In this document: positions 24,632 through 32,000 of the stretch, in pieces
How the letters are laid out: each line of letters starts with the position of its first letter
Numbering within the stretch: position 1 is the stretch's first letter
From: Halorhodospira halophila SL1
Lineage (GTDB): Bacteria; Pseudomonadota; Gammaproteobacteria; Nitrococcales; Halorhodospiraceae
Reading direction: 5' to 3'
Assembly: GCF_000015585.1 (NCBI RefSeq)
Contig: NC_008789.1
Span: 2,250,001-2,282,000 of the forward strand
DNA length: 32,000 nucleotides
The notes under the pieces: model-generated
What the model was told of the DNA's origin: nothing
Database searches by the model: none
Seen by the model: the letters and a program-made list of their open reading frames with translations, nothing else
Position numbers and translations under genes: made by a program

Positions 24632-25540
24632 TCAGGAGGGGGCCTTCTCCCCGCCGAACCACTCCATCAGGCGCGGGATCAGCGTGCGCAGCTCGAGGGT
24701 CATGAGCGAGAAGTCGGCATCGAGCTGTTCGGCCTGGCTCTCCGGGTCGCGATCGCCGGCCTGCTCGCGGATGACGTCGTGGAACTTCAGCCGACGCAGG
24801 CTCAGATCGGTGTCGATCACCGCGCTGAGACGCTCGCTGTAGGTCACCGCCAGCCGGCGCACCCGCTTGCCGGCGTCGATGTGGGCGCGCATCTCCTCCG
24901 AGGTCAGGTCCTGGCGCTTGACGCGGACCTCGCAGCCCTCGGCGTTGGGGTCCTCGAGCACGGCCTCCTCGCCCAGCTCAAGGTCGCCGGGGAGCTGCTG
25001 CTGCGCCAGCCAGCGGGTCATGATGGTGCCCGGCCCCATCTCCGTCTCCGGCGGGCTCAGGGTGAGATCCCCCCACGCCTCGCGGAGCTGCTCGACGAAG
25101 TGCTCGGCCTGCTTCTCGGAGCCGGCATCCACCACCAGGTAGCCGGCCTCGGTATCCAGGTAGCCCCAGGTGCGCTTGTGGCGGCTGAACGCCCGCGGCA
25201 TGAGGTCGGTGACCACCTCGTCGCGGATGCGATCCCGCTCGCGCTTGCGCACCTTGCGGTGCTCGGCGGCCTCCACCGCACCGATCCGCTCGTCCATCGC
25301 CTCGCGGATCACCGCGGCGGGGAGCAGCTTGGTCTCCTCCTGCAGGCAGAACAGCAGGCTACCGGCGGCGGCGTGCACCAGCGGCGCCCCCGGACCGAGC
25401 GGCGGCACGAAGCCGCTGCGACTCGGCTCCAGCGCCCCGCAGGGGGTGAAGGCCAGCGCGGCCAGACGCTGATCCGCAGTCTCCGGGTCGTAGGCGACCT
25501 GGTCGCGGAGGCGGTAGGGGATGAGATTACGAAACCACAT
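24632..25540 (-). CDS. rdgC: Recombination-associated protein RdgC
   Basis: 302 aa. [11 protein letters not shown]..., FTPCG, LLPAAVI, LMPRAFSR, KRQDLTSEEMRAHIDAGKRV and LKFHDVIREQ align with E. coli RdgC (MLWFKNLMVYRL...KKQDLTSEEI...). Confidence 0.93.
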   Translation of the reverse strand: MWFRNLIPYRLRDQVAYDPETADQRLAALAFTPCGALEPSRSGFVPPLGPGAPLVHAAAGSLLFCLQEETKLLPAAVIREAMDERIGAVEAAEHRKVRKRERDRIRDEVVTDLMPRAFSRHKRTWGYLDTEAGYLVVDAGSEKQAEHFVEQLREAWGDLTLSPPETEMGPGTIMTRWLAQQQLPGDLELGEEAVLEDPNAEGCEVRVKRQDLTSEEMRAHIDAGKRVRRLAVTYSERLSAVIDTDLSLRRLKFHDVIREQAGDRDPESQAEQLDADFSLMTLELRTLIPRLMEWFGGEKAPS

Positions 25541-26681
25541 GGGGTGCCAGTCGGTTGCGCAGGTTCAGGGCGCGCTCGGCGGCCTCCTGCCGGTCCTCGC
25601 CGAGGACGGTGATATGGCCCATCTTCCGGCCGGGGCTCGGCGCCCCCTTGCCGTAGAGGTGCAGGGTGGCCGTCGGCTCCTGGTAGACCTCGGCCCACGG
25701 CGGCGTGCCGGCATCCCAGACGTCGCCGAGCAGGTTCACCATGGCCGCCGGGGCCAACCGCCGGGTACTGCCCAGGGGCAGTCCGCAGATGGCACGCAGC
25801 TGCTGGTCGAACTGCGAGGTTGCCGCCCCCTCGATGGTCAGATGCCCGGAGTTGTGCGGGCGCGGGGCGATCTCGTTGACCATCAGCCGCCCGGCGCCGT
25901 CGATGAAGAACTCCACGCAGTAGGTGCCGACAGCGTCGAGACCCTCGCCCACCGCTCGGGCGATCTCCACGGCCTGCCGGCACACCGCCGGGTCGAGCTC
26001 GGCGTCGCCGATCGATAGATCGAGGATGTGGTGCCGGTGGCGGTTCTCGGTCACCCCGTAGTGGGCGAAGCTGCCATCGACGCCGCGGGCGGCGACCACG
26101 GAGACCTCCATGGCGAGATCGACGCAGGCCTCGACCACCGCCTCGTCGGCGCCGACAGCCGACCACGCGGCCGATACCTCATCGGCGCTCTCCACCCGGG
26201 CCTGGCCCTTGCCGTCGTAGCCCAGCCCGGCGCTCTTGATCACCGCTGGGGCACCGATACGCGCCACGGCAGCAGCCGCCTCCTCGGGGCCGTGAACGGC
26301 CTCGAAGGGCACCACGGGCAGGCCGTGTTCGCGCAGGAAGGTCTTCTCCAGAATACGGTGCTGGGTGGTGGCCAGAGCACGGGGCGATGGCCGCACCGGC
26401 AGGCGCTCGGCGGCGGCCTCGACGGCCGCACGCGGCAGGTTCTCGAACTCGTAGGTGAGCACGCTCACCTCGTCGGCCAGGCTGGACAGCAGCTCCGCCG
26501 TGGGCTCGGCATCGTGCACCCGATCCGCCACCTGCCCGGCCGGCGCCTGCCCGGCGCCGGGGGCGATGACGTGCACCCGGTAGCCCGAGCGGCGCGCCGC
26601 CATGGCGAGCATGCGCCCGAGCTGACCGGCGCCGAGGATCCCGATGGCTGCACCGGGGAGGATCGGCGCCGGGCCGCTCAC
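25527..26681 (-). CDS. purK: N5-carboxyaminoimidazole ribonucleotide synthase
   Basis: GTG start overlaps the purE stop (GTGA). [16 protein letters not shown]-grasp blocks (PAVIKS...GYDGKGQ) and [11 protein letters not shown]. The 3' end overlaps the rdgC start by 14 nt. Confidence 0.93.
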   Translation of the reverse strand: MSGPAPILPGAAIGILGAGQLGRMLAMAARRSGYRVHVIAPGAGQAPAGQVADRVHDAEPTAELLSSLADEVSVLTYEFENLPRAAVEAAAERLPVRPSPRALATTQHRILEKTFLREHGLPVVPFEAVHGPEEAAAAVARIGAPAVIKSAGLGYDGKGQARVESADEVSAAWSAVGADEAVVEACVDLAMEVSVVAARGVDGSFAHYGVTENRHRHHILDLSIGDAELDPAVCRQAVEIARAVGEGLDAVGTYCVEFFIDGAGRLMVNEIAPRPHNSGHLTIEGAATSQFDQQLRAICGLPLGSTRRLAPAAMVNLLGDVWDAGTPPWAEVYQEPTATLHLYGKGAPSPGRKMGHITVLGEDRQEAAERALNLRNRLAPHVVS

Positions 26682-27169
26682 GAGAGTTCCTCCCCGTAGA
26701 CACGCTCGGCCTGTTGGGCACGGAACGCCCTCAGGGCTTCAGCGTAGCGGGGCTCCTCGCGGGCCAGCATGGCCACGGCGAACAGCGCGGCGTTGCGCGC
26801 CCCGGCGGTGCCGATGGCGAAAGTCGCCGTGGGCACACCGGCCGGCATCTGCACGATGGAAAGCAGCGAATCGAGGCCGTTGAGGGCCTTCGACTGCACC
26901 GGGACGCCGAGCACCGGCACGATGGTCTGCGCGGCGAGCATGCCGGGCAGATGCGCCGCGCCGCCGGCGCCGGCAATGATCGCCCGCAGGCCACGCTGCT
27001 CGGCCTCGGCGGCGTAGTCGGCCATCAGTTGCGGGGTTCGGTGGGCAGAGACCACCCGGGCCTCGTGGGGCACCTCGAAATCGCGAAGCACCTCGGCGGC
27101 GCCGGAGAGGGTATCCCAGTCGGAACTGCTGCCCATCACGACGCCCACTAAAGGCTGCGCGTCGGTCAT
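26678..27169 (-). CDS. purE: N5-CAIR mutase
   Basis: 163 aa. [40 protein letters not shown] and [13 protein letters not shown] are canonical class I PurE blocks. Confidence 0.96.
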   Translation of the reverse strand: MTDAQPLVGVVMGSSSDWDTLSGAAEVLRDFEVPHEARVVSAHRTPQLMADYAAEAEQRGLRAIIAGAGGAAHLPGMLAAQTIVPVLGVPVQSKALNGLDSLLSIVQMPAGVPTATFAIGTAGARNAALFAVAMLAREEPRYAEALRAFRAQQAERVYGEELS

Positions 27170-27194
27170 AGCGGGTTCACTCGCAAAAGCGAAA

Positions 27195-27203
27195 ATTGTA
27201 GCA
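27195..27203 (-). promoter_or_regulatory. Candidate extended -10 promoter element for purEK (TGcTACAAT)
   Basis: The minus strand reads gTGcTACAATttt about 25 nt upstream of the purE ATG. No convincing -35 is present. Sequence-pattern call only. Confidence 0.35.
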
Positions 27204-27215
27204 CGGGCGGGAAGA

Positions 27216-27452
27216 TCAGGAACGGATGTTGAGCAGCGTGCCGGTCATCTCGTCGACGGCCCGCACCACCCGGACCCCGGCGTGACCCTGCTGTTCGTAG
27301 CTCAGCGACTGGATGACCGCGGTGTTCATCTCCTCGGAGCGCGGATCGGCCTGCGCCGTCACCCGGGCCACCTGGGCGGCGGTCCGGGTCAGCCCCTCGT
27401 CAGCGCGGTGGATGGCCTGCATCCCCGACGGGTTGAAGGAGGTCACGTCCAT
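27216..27452 (-). CDS. 78-aa protein resembling the fused N- and C-terminal helices of flagellar rod/hook proteins (function unknown)
   Basis: High-GC3 ORF. The C-terminus [37 protein letters not shown] resembles the Flg_bbr_C consensus (eEMv.li.aqraYeAn.kvi.t.deml.tLlni). The N-terminus [21 protein letters not shown] loosely resembles the rod N-terminal helix. Weak Shine-Dalgarno. Confidence 0.55.
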   Translation of the reverse strand: MDVTSFNPSGMQAIHRADEGLTRTAAQVARVTAQADPRSEEMNTAVIQSLSYEQQGHAGVRVVRAVDEMTGTLLNIRS

Positions 27453-27495
27453 GGCAACGCGCTGCTCGCACCGTTCACTGGAGTGTTGAGTTTAA

Positions 27496-27524
27496 GCCGG
27501 GGTGGCGCCCCACGCCACCCCGGC
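27496..27524 (-). terminator. Stem-loop terminator downstream of phaC copy 2
   Basis: Perfect 12-bp GC stem gccggggtggcg / cgccaccccggc with a 5-nt loop, 12 nt after the phaC stop. On the minus strand it is followed by TTAAACTCAA, a weak U tract. Confidence 0.6.
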
Positions 27525-27536
27525 CCGTGGGCGGGC

Positions 27537-29342
27537 TCAGTCGTCGTAGAGCACGCCGTGTCGCACATAGGAGCCGGGTGCCGGCTCGATCGGCGCATGC
27601 TTCTTCGAGCCGACCTTGCGCGCCTTCACCTTGTCACCGCCGTACCCGGCGAGCCACTGCCCCCAGTCGTTCCACCATGACCCCTCGTGGGGCTCGGCCC
27701 CTTCCAGCCACTCGTCCTGGTCCACCGTCTTGGCGGTGTTCGTCCAGTAGCCGTACTTGTTCTTGTGGGGCGGGTTGATCACCCCGGCGATATGGCCGGA
27801 GCCACCCAGGACGTAGCGGGTGGGACCGGAGAGCAACCGCGGGCCCCGGATGGTGCTCTTCCAGGGGGCGATGTGGTCCTCCTTGGCCGACATGAAGTAG
27901 GCCGGAATGTCGATTTTGCCCAGGTCGATGGCCTCGCCGGCCAGCTCCAGCCCACCCGGCTCCTTGAGCAGATTGCGCTGGTACATGTTGCGAAGGTAGA
28001 AGCTGTGCATCTTGGCCGGCATGTTGGTGGAATCGGAGTTCCAGTAGAGCAGATCGAAGGGGAACGGCTCATCGCCCTTAAGGTAGTTGTTCACGAAGAA
28101 CGACCAGATCAGGTCGTTGGCGCGGAGCATGTTGAAGGTCGTGGACATGTAGCGACCTTCCAGGTAGCCCTTCTGGCCCATGCGCCGCTCCAGCGTGGAG
28201 ATCTGCTCCTCGTCGAGGAAGACCTCGAGTTCGCCCGGATACTCGAAATCCAGCATGCAGGTGAGGAAGGTGGCCGCCTGGATGCGCCGATCGCCGCGGG
28301 CCGCCAGCCAGGCCAGGGTGCAGGCCGAGAGGGTCCCGCCCAGGCAGTAGCCGACCAGGTTCATCTCCTCGCTGCCGGTGATCTCCTGGACCACGTCCAT
28401 GGCCGTCACCGGTCCCTCGAGCATGTAGTCCTCGAATTGCTTCTCGGCCAGGCTCTCGTCGGGATTGCGCCAGGAGATGATGAACACCGTGTGGCCCTGG
28501 TCCACCAGCCACTTCACCATGGACTTCTCGTCGTTCAGGTCCATGATGTAGTACTTGTTGATCCACGCCGGCACCAGCAGCAGCGGGCGCTTGTGCACCT
28601 CGGTGGTGGTGGGCTCATACTGGATGAGCTGCATCAACTCGTTCTGGTAGACGACCTGGCCCGGGGTGGTCGCGAGATTGGTGCCGACCTCGAAGGCGTC
28701 GTAGTCTGTCATGCGGATATCGAGCCGCCCGCGACCGCGCTTGAGGTCGTCCAGCAGGTTGTTGAGTCCCTGCAGCAGGTTCTGGCCGCCGGTGTCGACG
28801 GTCTTCTGAAGCACCTCGGGGTTGGTGGCGACGAAGTTCGACGGGGCCATGGCGTCGATGAACGCCCGGGTGTAGAAATCCACCTTCTTCTTGGTCTGAT
28901 CGTCGAGCCCTTCCACGTCACGGACCACCGCATGGGTATGATCCGCCGCCAGGAGGTAGGACTGCTTGACGAAATCGAAGAACGGGTGATCCTCCCAGCC
29001 CTGGTGCTGGAAGCGGCGATCGCCCTTGGCCGGCTGCGCCACCGGCTCGGACTCCAGCCCCCAGAAGCGCAGGGCAACGTTCTGCATCAGCCCCATGTAG
29101 TTCTGCCAGAAGGCCATCTGCATCTGCATCAGCCGCGCCGGGTCGGCCATCACGCGCGCCGCCAGCTGTTGGAACAGCTGCGCCATCTGCGCCGCGTCCT
29201 CCATGGCCAAGTGGTGCGCCGACTGTTCCTGCTGCAGGAAGTCCTGCACCAGCTCCTGGCTCTTGGCGGTGATCTCCGTCAGCGACCGGGCGAGCGCCTC
29301 GTAGTCGATATCCTGGTTCCGGGTGCCATTCTCTTGTGCCAT
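27537..29342 (-). CDS. phaC: Class I poly(3-hydroxyalkanoate) synthase (copy 2)
   Basis: Start set at ATG 29342 (MAQENGTRNQ...), with GAGGAG upstream, giving 601 aa. Blocks: ATNPEVLQKTV, LIQYEPTT, PLLLVPAWINKYYIMDL, lipase box GYCLGGT, YWNSDSTNMP, DHIAPW, GHIAGVINPP. Confidence 0.93.
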   Translation of the reverse strand: MAQENGTRNQDIDYEALARSLTEITAKSQELVQDFLQQEQSAHHLAMEDAAQMAQLFQQLAARVMADPARLMQMQMAFWQNYMGLMQNVALRFWGLESEPVAQPAKGDRRFQHQGWEDHPFFDFVKQSYLLAADHTHAVVRDVEGLDDQTKKKVDFYTRAFIDAMAPSNFVATNPEVLQKTVDTGGQNLLQGLNNLLDDLKRGRGRLDIRMTDYDAFEVGTNLATTPGQVVYQNELMQLIQYEPTTTEVHKRPLLLVPAWINKYYIMDLNDEKSMVKWLVDQGHTVFIISWRNPDESLAEKQFEDYMLEGPVTAMDVVQEITGSEEMNLVGYCLGGTLSACTLAWLAARGDRRIQAATFLTCMLDFEYPGELEVFLDEEQISTLERRMGQKGYLEGRYMSTTFNMLRANDLIWSFFVNNYLKGDEPFPFDLLYWNSDSTNMPAKMHSFYLRNMYQRNLLKEPGGLELAGEAIDLGKIDIPAYFMSAKEDHIAPWKSTIRGPRLLSGPTRYVLGGSGHIAGVINPPHKNKYGYWTNTAKTVDQDEWLEGAEPHEGSWWNDWGQWLAGYGGDKVKARKVGSKKHAPIEPAPGSYVRHGVLYDD

Positions 29343-29404
29343 ACCGCTCCTCGCGATCGGGGCTACGCGCCCCGAGGGTGTCATATCTCCGGGGGAACAT
29401 AGTA

Positions 29405-30208
29405 ATGCACGCAGGGTTGCGTTGCGATGCATCAACCGATCCGGGCCTGTGCGGGGTGGTCGCCGTCGGCGACCACCCCGCCGCAGCCGCCGCCTGGGCC
29501 GAGCAGCTCGGGGTACCGGTGCTCGAACACCGGCCCCAGGAAGGCTCTGGGGTGATCCTGCTCGCTGACGAGCCGCCGGCGCTGCAGTTGCTCGGCCGTC
29601 GGGCCCCCGGTCCGGTGGCCATCGACTTCACCGACCATCAGCTCCAGCGCCGGGTCGCCGGTTCCACCCTGCGCCGGGACCCGCTGGCCCGCGCCGTGGG
29701 CCTGCACCGGCGGCCGCAGACCGCGGTCGTCGACGCCACCGCCGGACTCGGCCACGACGGCTGGGTACTCGCCGCCCTGGGCGCCCGGATGACCTGGATC
29801 GAGCGTAGCCCGGTCCTCGCCGCCCTCCTGGATGCAGCCCTGGAGCGCGCCCGAGCGAATGCGCAACACGCCGACACCGCCACCCGGGTGCGCCTTCACC
29901 CGGGCGACCTGTGCCATCTGCTGCCGGAGCTCGACGCAACCAGCCGTGAGGTCGTGTATATCGACCCGATGTACCCCGACGGATCGACGCGGGGCGCCGT
30001 GGGCCGGCCGGCCCAGGTCCTGCGGGCACTGCACGCCGACGCTCGGGGCCCCGATGAGGATCAGTTGCTGGCTGCCGCACTGGGGCACGCCACCCGCCGG
30101 GTCGTGGTCAAGCGGCCACAGCGCGCGGCCCCGGTGGCCGGCCCGCCGCCGAGCCGGTCGGTCGCCGGTCGGGCCGTACGCTTCGACGTCTACGAGGTCA
30201 ACGGCTAG
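29405..30208 (+). CDS. rsmJ: 16S rRNA (guanine1516-N2)-methyltransferase
   Basis: In-frame ATG 29405 gives 267 aa. [55 protein letters not shown] and RFDVY align with E. coli RsmJ ([39 protein letters not shown]...VVYLDPMFP...RVVVKRP...RFDIY). Confidence 0.88.
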   Translation: [267 protein letters not shown]

Positions 30209-30783
30209 CGCAATCCTGGGACCAGCCCGCCACCGACCCCTGGACCCCCTCCTGGCCCCGGCTCGGTGGCCCCCGCTCCATCGTCCGGAACGCGGCCGGA
30301 GACGCCCCCGCCGAGGCCCGTCGGGCCGTGGCGCCGATCATAGAACTCGACGTCGATATGGGGCGGCGGCCGGCGCAGGCTGGCTACGAAGGCGGCGTCG
30401 AGCAGCAACTCCAGCTGGTCCGGCGCCATGGGCATGTAGCCGGCGAACAGGGCCGAGACACTGTGGATCAGCTGCCGCGCGCCGTCCTGGCGGACGGGGC
30501 CGATCAACTCCCGCACCTCCTGGGGATCGAGGGCACCGCCGGTGCGACGGTCGTGGAAGGCGACACCGAGGTGCTCCGGTGGCACCCGCATATTCGAGGC
30601 CACGGCGGCGCCGAACAGCGCCTGGGCGCGTTCGTTGTCCATCGGCTGAGAGGCGCTGAGAAAGAACTCAAGCACGTCCAGGCCGGTCCGGTACTCCACC
30701 TGATCCGGCTCGGAGGCGTTGCTGGCACCCGCCGTTGCCGCCAGCATCACGCAGGCCGCTACTGCGGCTCGAAGACACCTCAT
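30205..30783 (-). CDS. Secreted hypothetical protein with an internal duplication and a Gly-rich C-terminal tail
   Basis: GGAGGGG Shine-Dalgarno. Signal peptide MRCLRAAVAACVMLAATAGASNA. Two homologous halves (…ALFGAAVASNMRVPPEHLGVAFHDRRTG / …LLLDAAFVASLRRPPPHIDVEFYDRRHG). Tail GLGGGVSG...GPGGGPGVGGG. The antisense ORF 30328..30939 looks like a shadow ORF. Confidence 0.6.
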   Translation of the reverse strand: MRCLRAAVAACVMLAATAGASNASEPDQVEYRTGLDVLEFFLSASQPMDNERAQALFGAAVASNMRVPPEHLGVAFHDRRTGGALDPQEVRELIGPVRQDGARQLIHSVSALFAGYMPMAPDQLELLLDAAFVASLRRPPPHIDVEFYDRRHGPTGLGGGVSGRVPDDGAGATEPGPGGGPGVGGGLVPGLR

Positions 30784-30853
30784 CGGGAACCCCTCCGTAC
30801 GACCGGGCGGCCGCTGGCCACTGACTCAGTCAGAGTACGAGATCCCAACGCAA

Positions 30854-30888
30854 ACCGCCAGCGACGCCCGGGGGCGTGCGCTGGCGGT
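30854..30888 (-). terminator. Long GC hairpin terminator downstream of tRNA-Gln
   Basis: accgccagcg+acgccc / gggcgt+(g)+cgctggcggt, about 16 bp with one bulge. On the minus strand it is followed by TTGCGTT. Confidence 0.6.
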
Positions 30889-30906
30889 CTGTGTCTGCGG
30901 TGTAGA

Positions 30907-30980
30907 TGGCTGGGGGAGGTGGATTCGAACCACCGCTGACGGAGTCAGAGTCCGTAGTCCTACCGCTAGACGATCCCCCA
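30907..30980 (-). tRNA. tRNA-Gln (anticodon CUG)
   Basis: The reverse complement reads TGGGGGA-TC-GTC-TAGCGGTAG-GAC-T-ACGGA-CTCTGAC-TCCGT-...-GGTGG-TTCGAAT-CCACC-TCCCCCA-G-CCA. It has a 7-bp acceptor stem with U1-A72, as in E. coli tRNA-Gln, a T-loop TTCGAAT, an encoded CCA, and CTG at the centre of the anticodon loop. Confidence 0.92.
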
Positions 30981-31001
30981 GGAGAAGCCTGGTGCGACGC
31001 G

Positions 31002-31394
31002 TTAACGCTTGGAGAACTGCGTCGCGCGACGGGCCTTGTGCAGGCCGATCTTCTTCCGCTCGACCATGCGGGCGTCGCGGGTAATGAAGCCGGCACGGCG
31101 CAGCGGCGCCTTGAGCTCGGCATCGTAGTTGGCCAGCGCGCGGGCAATGCCGTGGCGCACGGCACCAGCCTGACCGCTGGAGCCACCGCCCGAGACGGTC
31201 GCCTTGATGTCGAACTTGTCGCCGGCGTCGACTTGCTCCAGGGCCTGGCGCACGATCATGCGTCCCGTCTCACGCCCGAAGTACTCATCCAGCGGGCGCC
31301 CGTTGACAGTGATGTTTCCGTTACCCGGGGTCATGAAGACCCGCGCGGCGGAGGTCTTGCGGCGTCCGGTTCCGTAATACTGCTGATTGGCCAT
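31002..31394 (-). CDS. rpsI: 30S ribosomal protein S9
   Basis: 130 aa. [15 protein letters not shown]...[19 protein letters not shown]...[25 protein letters not shown] is canonical S9. Confidence 0.97.
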   Translation of the reverse strand: MANQQYYGTGRRKTSAARVFMTPGNGNITVNGRPLDEYFGRETGRMIVRQALEQVDAGDKFDIKATVSGGGSSGQAGAVRHGIARALANYDAELKAPLRRAGFITRDARMVERKKIGLHKARRATQFSKR

Positions 31395-31420
31395 GGTCTT
31401 GATCGTTCCCGATTGTAGCC

Positions 31421-31849
31421 TCAGAGCTCCAGCGGCTGCGGCTGCTGAGCGTGATGACGGTGCTCGTTGCCGGCGTAGACCTTGAGCTTCTTGAGCATGG
31501 CCCGGCCCAGCCGGTTCTTCGGCATCATCCCGCGCACCGCGCTCTCGATCAGGCGCTCCGGATGACGTTCACGCACCTCGGCCACGGAACGGCTCTTGAT
31601 GCCGCCCGGAAAACCGGTGTGCCAGAAATACTGCTTGTCTCGCTCCTTCCGCCCGGTCAGGCGAATCTTGTCGGCATTGATGACGACAATATAATCGCCC
31701 GCGTCGACGTGCGGAGTAAAGACCGGCTTGTGCTTGCCGCGCAGGCGATGCGCAACCTCGCTGGCCAGCCGACCGAGCGTCTTGTCGGTGGCGTCAACCA
31801 GGTACCAGTCGCGTTGAACCTCTGCGGGCTTGGCGCTATACGTCTTCAT
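31421..31849 (-). CDS. rplM: 50S ribosomal protein L13
   Basis: 142 aa. [20 protein letters not shown]...[34 protein letters not shown]...Y.WHTGFPGG is canonical L13. GGAGAGAG Shine-Dalgarno. Confidence 0.97.
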   Translation of the reverse strand: MKTYSAKPAEVQRDWYLVDATDKTLGRLASEVAHRLRGKHKPVFTPHVDAGDYIVVINADKIRLTGRKERDKQYFWHTGFPGGIKSRSVAEVRERHPERLIESAVRGMMPKNRLGRAMLKKLKVYAGNEHRHHAQQPQPLEL

Positions 31850-31878
31850 CGCTTCGCTCTCTCCGTCGAAGACCGCGC

Positions 31879-31907
31879 ATCATAACGGAAGGCAGCGGTA
31901 CTGGCAA
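31879..31907 (-). promoter_or_regulatory. Candidate sigma70 promoter of rplM-rpsI(-tRNA-Gln)
   Basis: The minus strand reads TTGCCA (31902-31907), a 17-nt spacer, then TATGAT (31879-31884). This lies about 30 nt upstream of the rplM ATG. Confidence 0.55.
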
Positions 31908-31936
31908 CCGCCGCCGCCCCCGCCGTCCGCGGCGGC

Positions 31937-32000
31937 TCAGACTTCTTGGTTGGCCGGCAGGTTACGCCCGGCGAAGATCTCCATCATCTCCCGGCGCAGG
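31937..32000 (-). CDS. 3' end of an unidentified upstream gene (only about 21 codons in window)
   Basis: The minus-strand frame ...LRREMMEIFAGRNLPANQEV-TGA has the same GC3-rich codon usage as neighbouring genes. It is too short to identify. Confidence 0.3.
   Translation of the reverse strand, partial: LRREMMEIFAGRNLPANQEV

Noticed and set aside
27181-27196. PurR-box-like sequence tCGCAAAAGCGAAAAT upstream of purE.
   Set aside because: Only the CGCAAA half-site matches the E. coli PUR box (ACGCAAACGTTTTCNT). There is no dyad symmetry, and PurR-type regulation is not established outside the enteric/vibrio lineages.
30907-30980. tRNA-Gln as a possible genomic-island integration site.
   Set aside because: No integrase, direct repeat of the tRNA 3' end, or compositionally deviant genes flank it. 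The neighbours are rpsI and a native-looking secreted protein gene followed by rsmJ.
1-32000. Scan for CRISPR arrays, IS elements/transposases, prophage genes, toxin-antitoxin pairs and rRNA.
   Set aside because: I saw no regularly spaced direct repeats, no DDE/HUH/tyrosine-recombinase-like ORFs, no small bicistronic TA-like pairs and no rRNA-like sequence. The window appears to be core chromosome apart from the two uncharacterised envelope operons.

Overview
High-GC, GC3-saturated, almost entirely coding chromosomal segment. Gene content and synteny (trxA-rho, tesA/ybbA-ybbP, nudE-cysQ, purEK, rplM-rpsI) look gammaproteobacterial. Very acidic envelope proteins suggest a halophile of the Ectothiorhodospiraceae type; this is inference only.

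Layout:
- Plus strand: argA (3' part), thyA, folA, a radical-SAM/wHTH gene and a porin.
- A roughly 19 kb co-directional minus-strand block: ybbA-ybbP ABC pair, a 3-gene envelope operon of unknown function, phaC-(MaoC/PTA fusion)-ackA, nudE-cysQ, a Cys-rich small protein, trxA, rho, and a 4-gene OMP/lipoprotein cluster whose first ATG overlaps the rho stop codon.
- Then tesA (+); rdgC, purK, purE, a 78-aa rod-like ORF and a second phaC (all -); rsmJ (+); a secreted internally duplicated protein, tRNA-Gln(CUG), rpsI and rplM (all -).

I saw no CRISPR array, rRNA, transposase, integrase or recognisable defence/toxin genes.

The best candidates for something undescribed are the two uncharacterised envelope operons (4519-8122 and 16372-20441). 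Also notable are a 132-nt perfect-armed palindromic element between tesA and rdgC, and the phaC-MaoC/PTA-ackA operon. All functional calls come from motif recognition by eye and memory of homologues. No database search was run.
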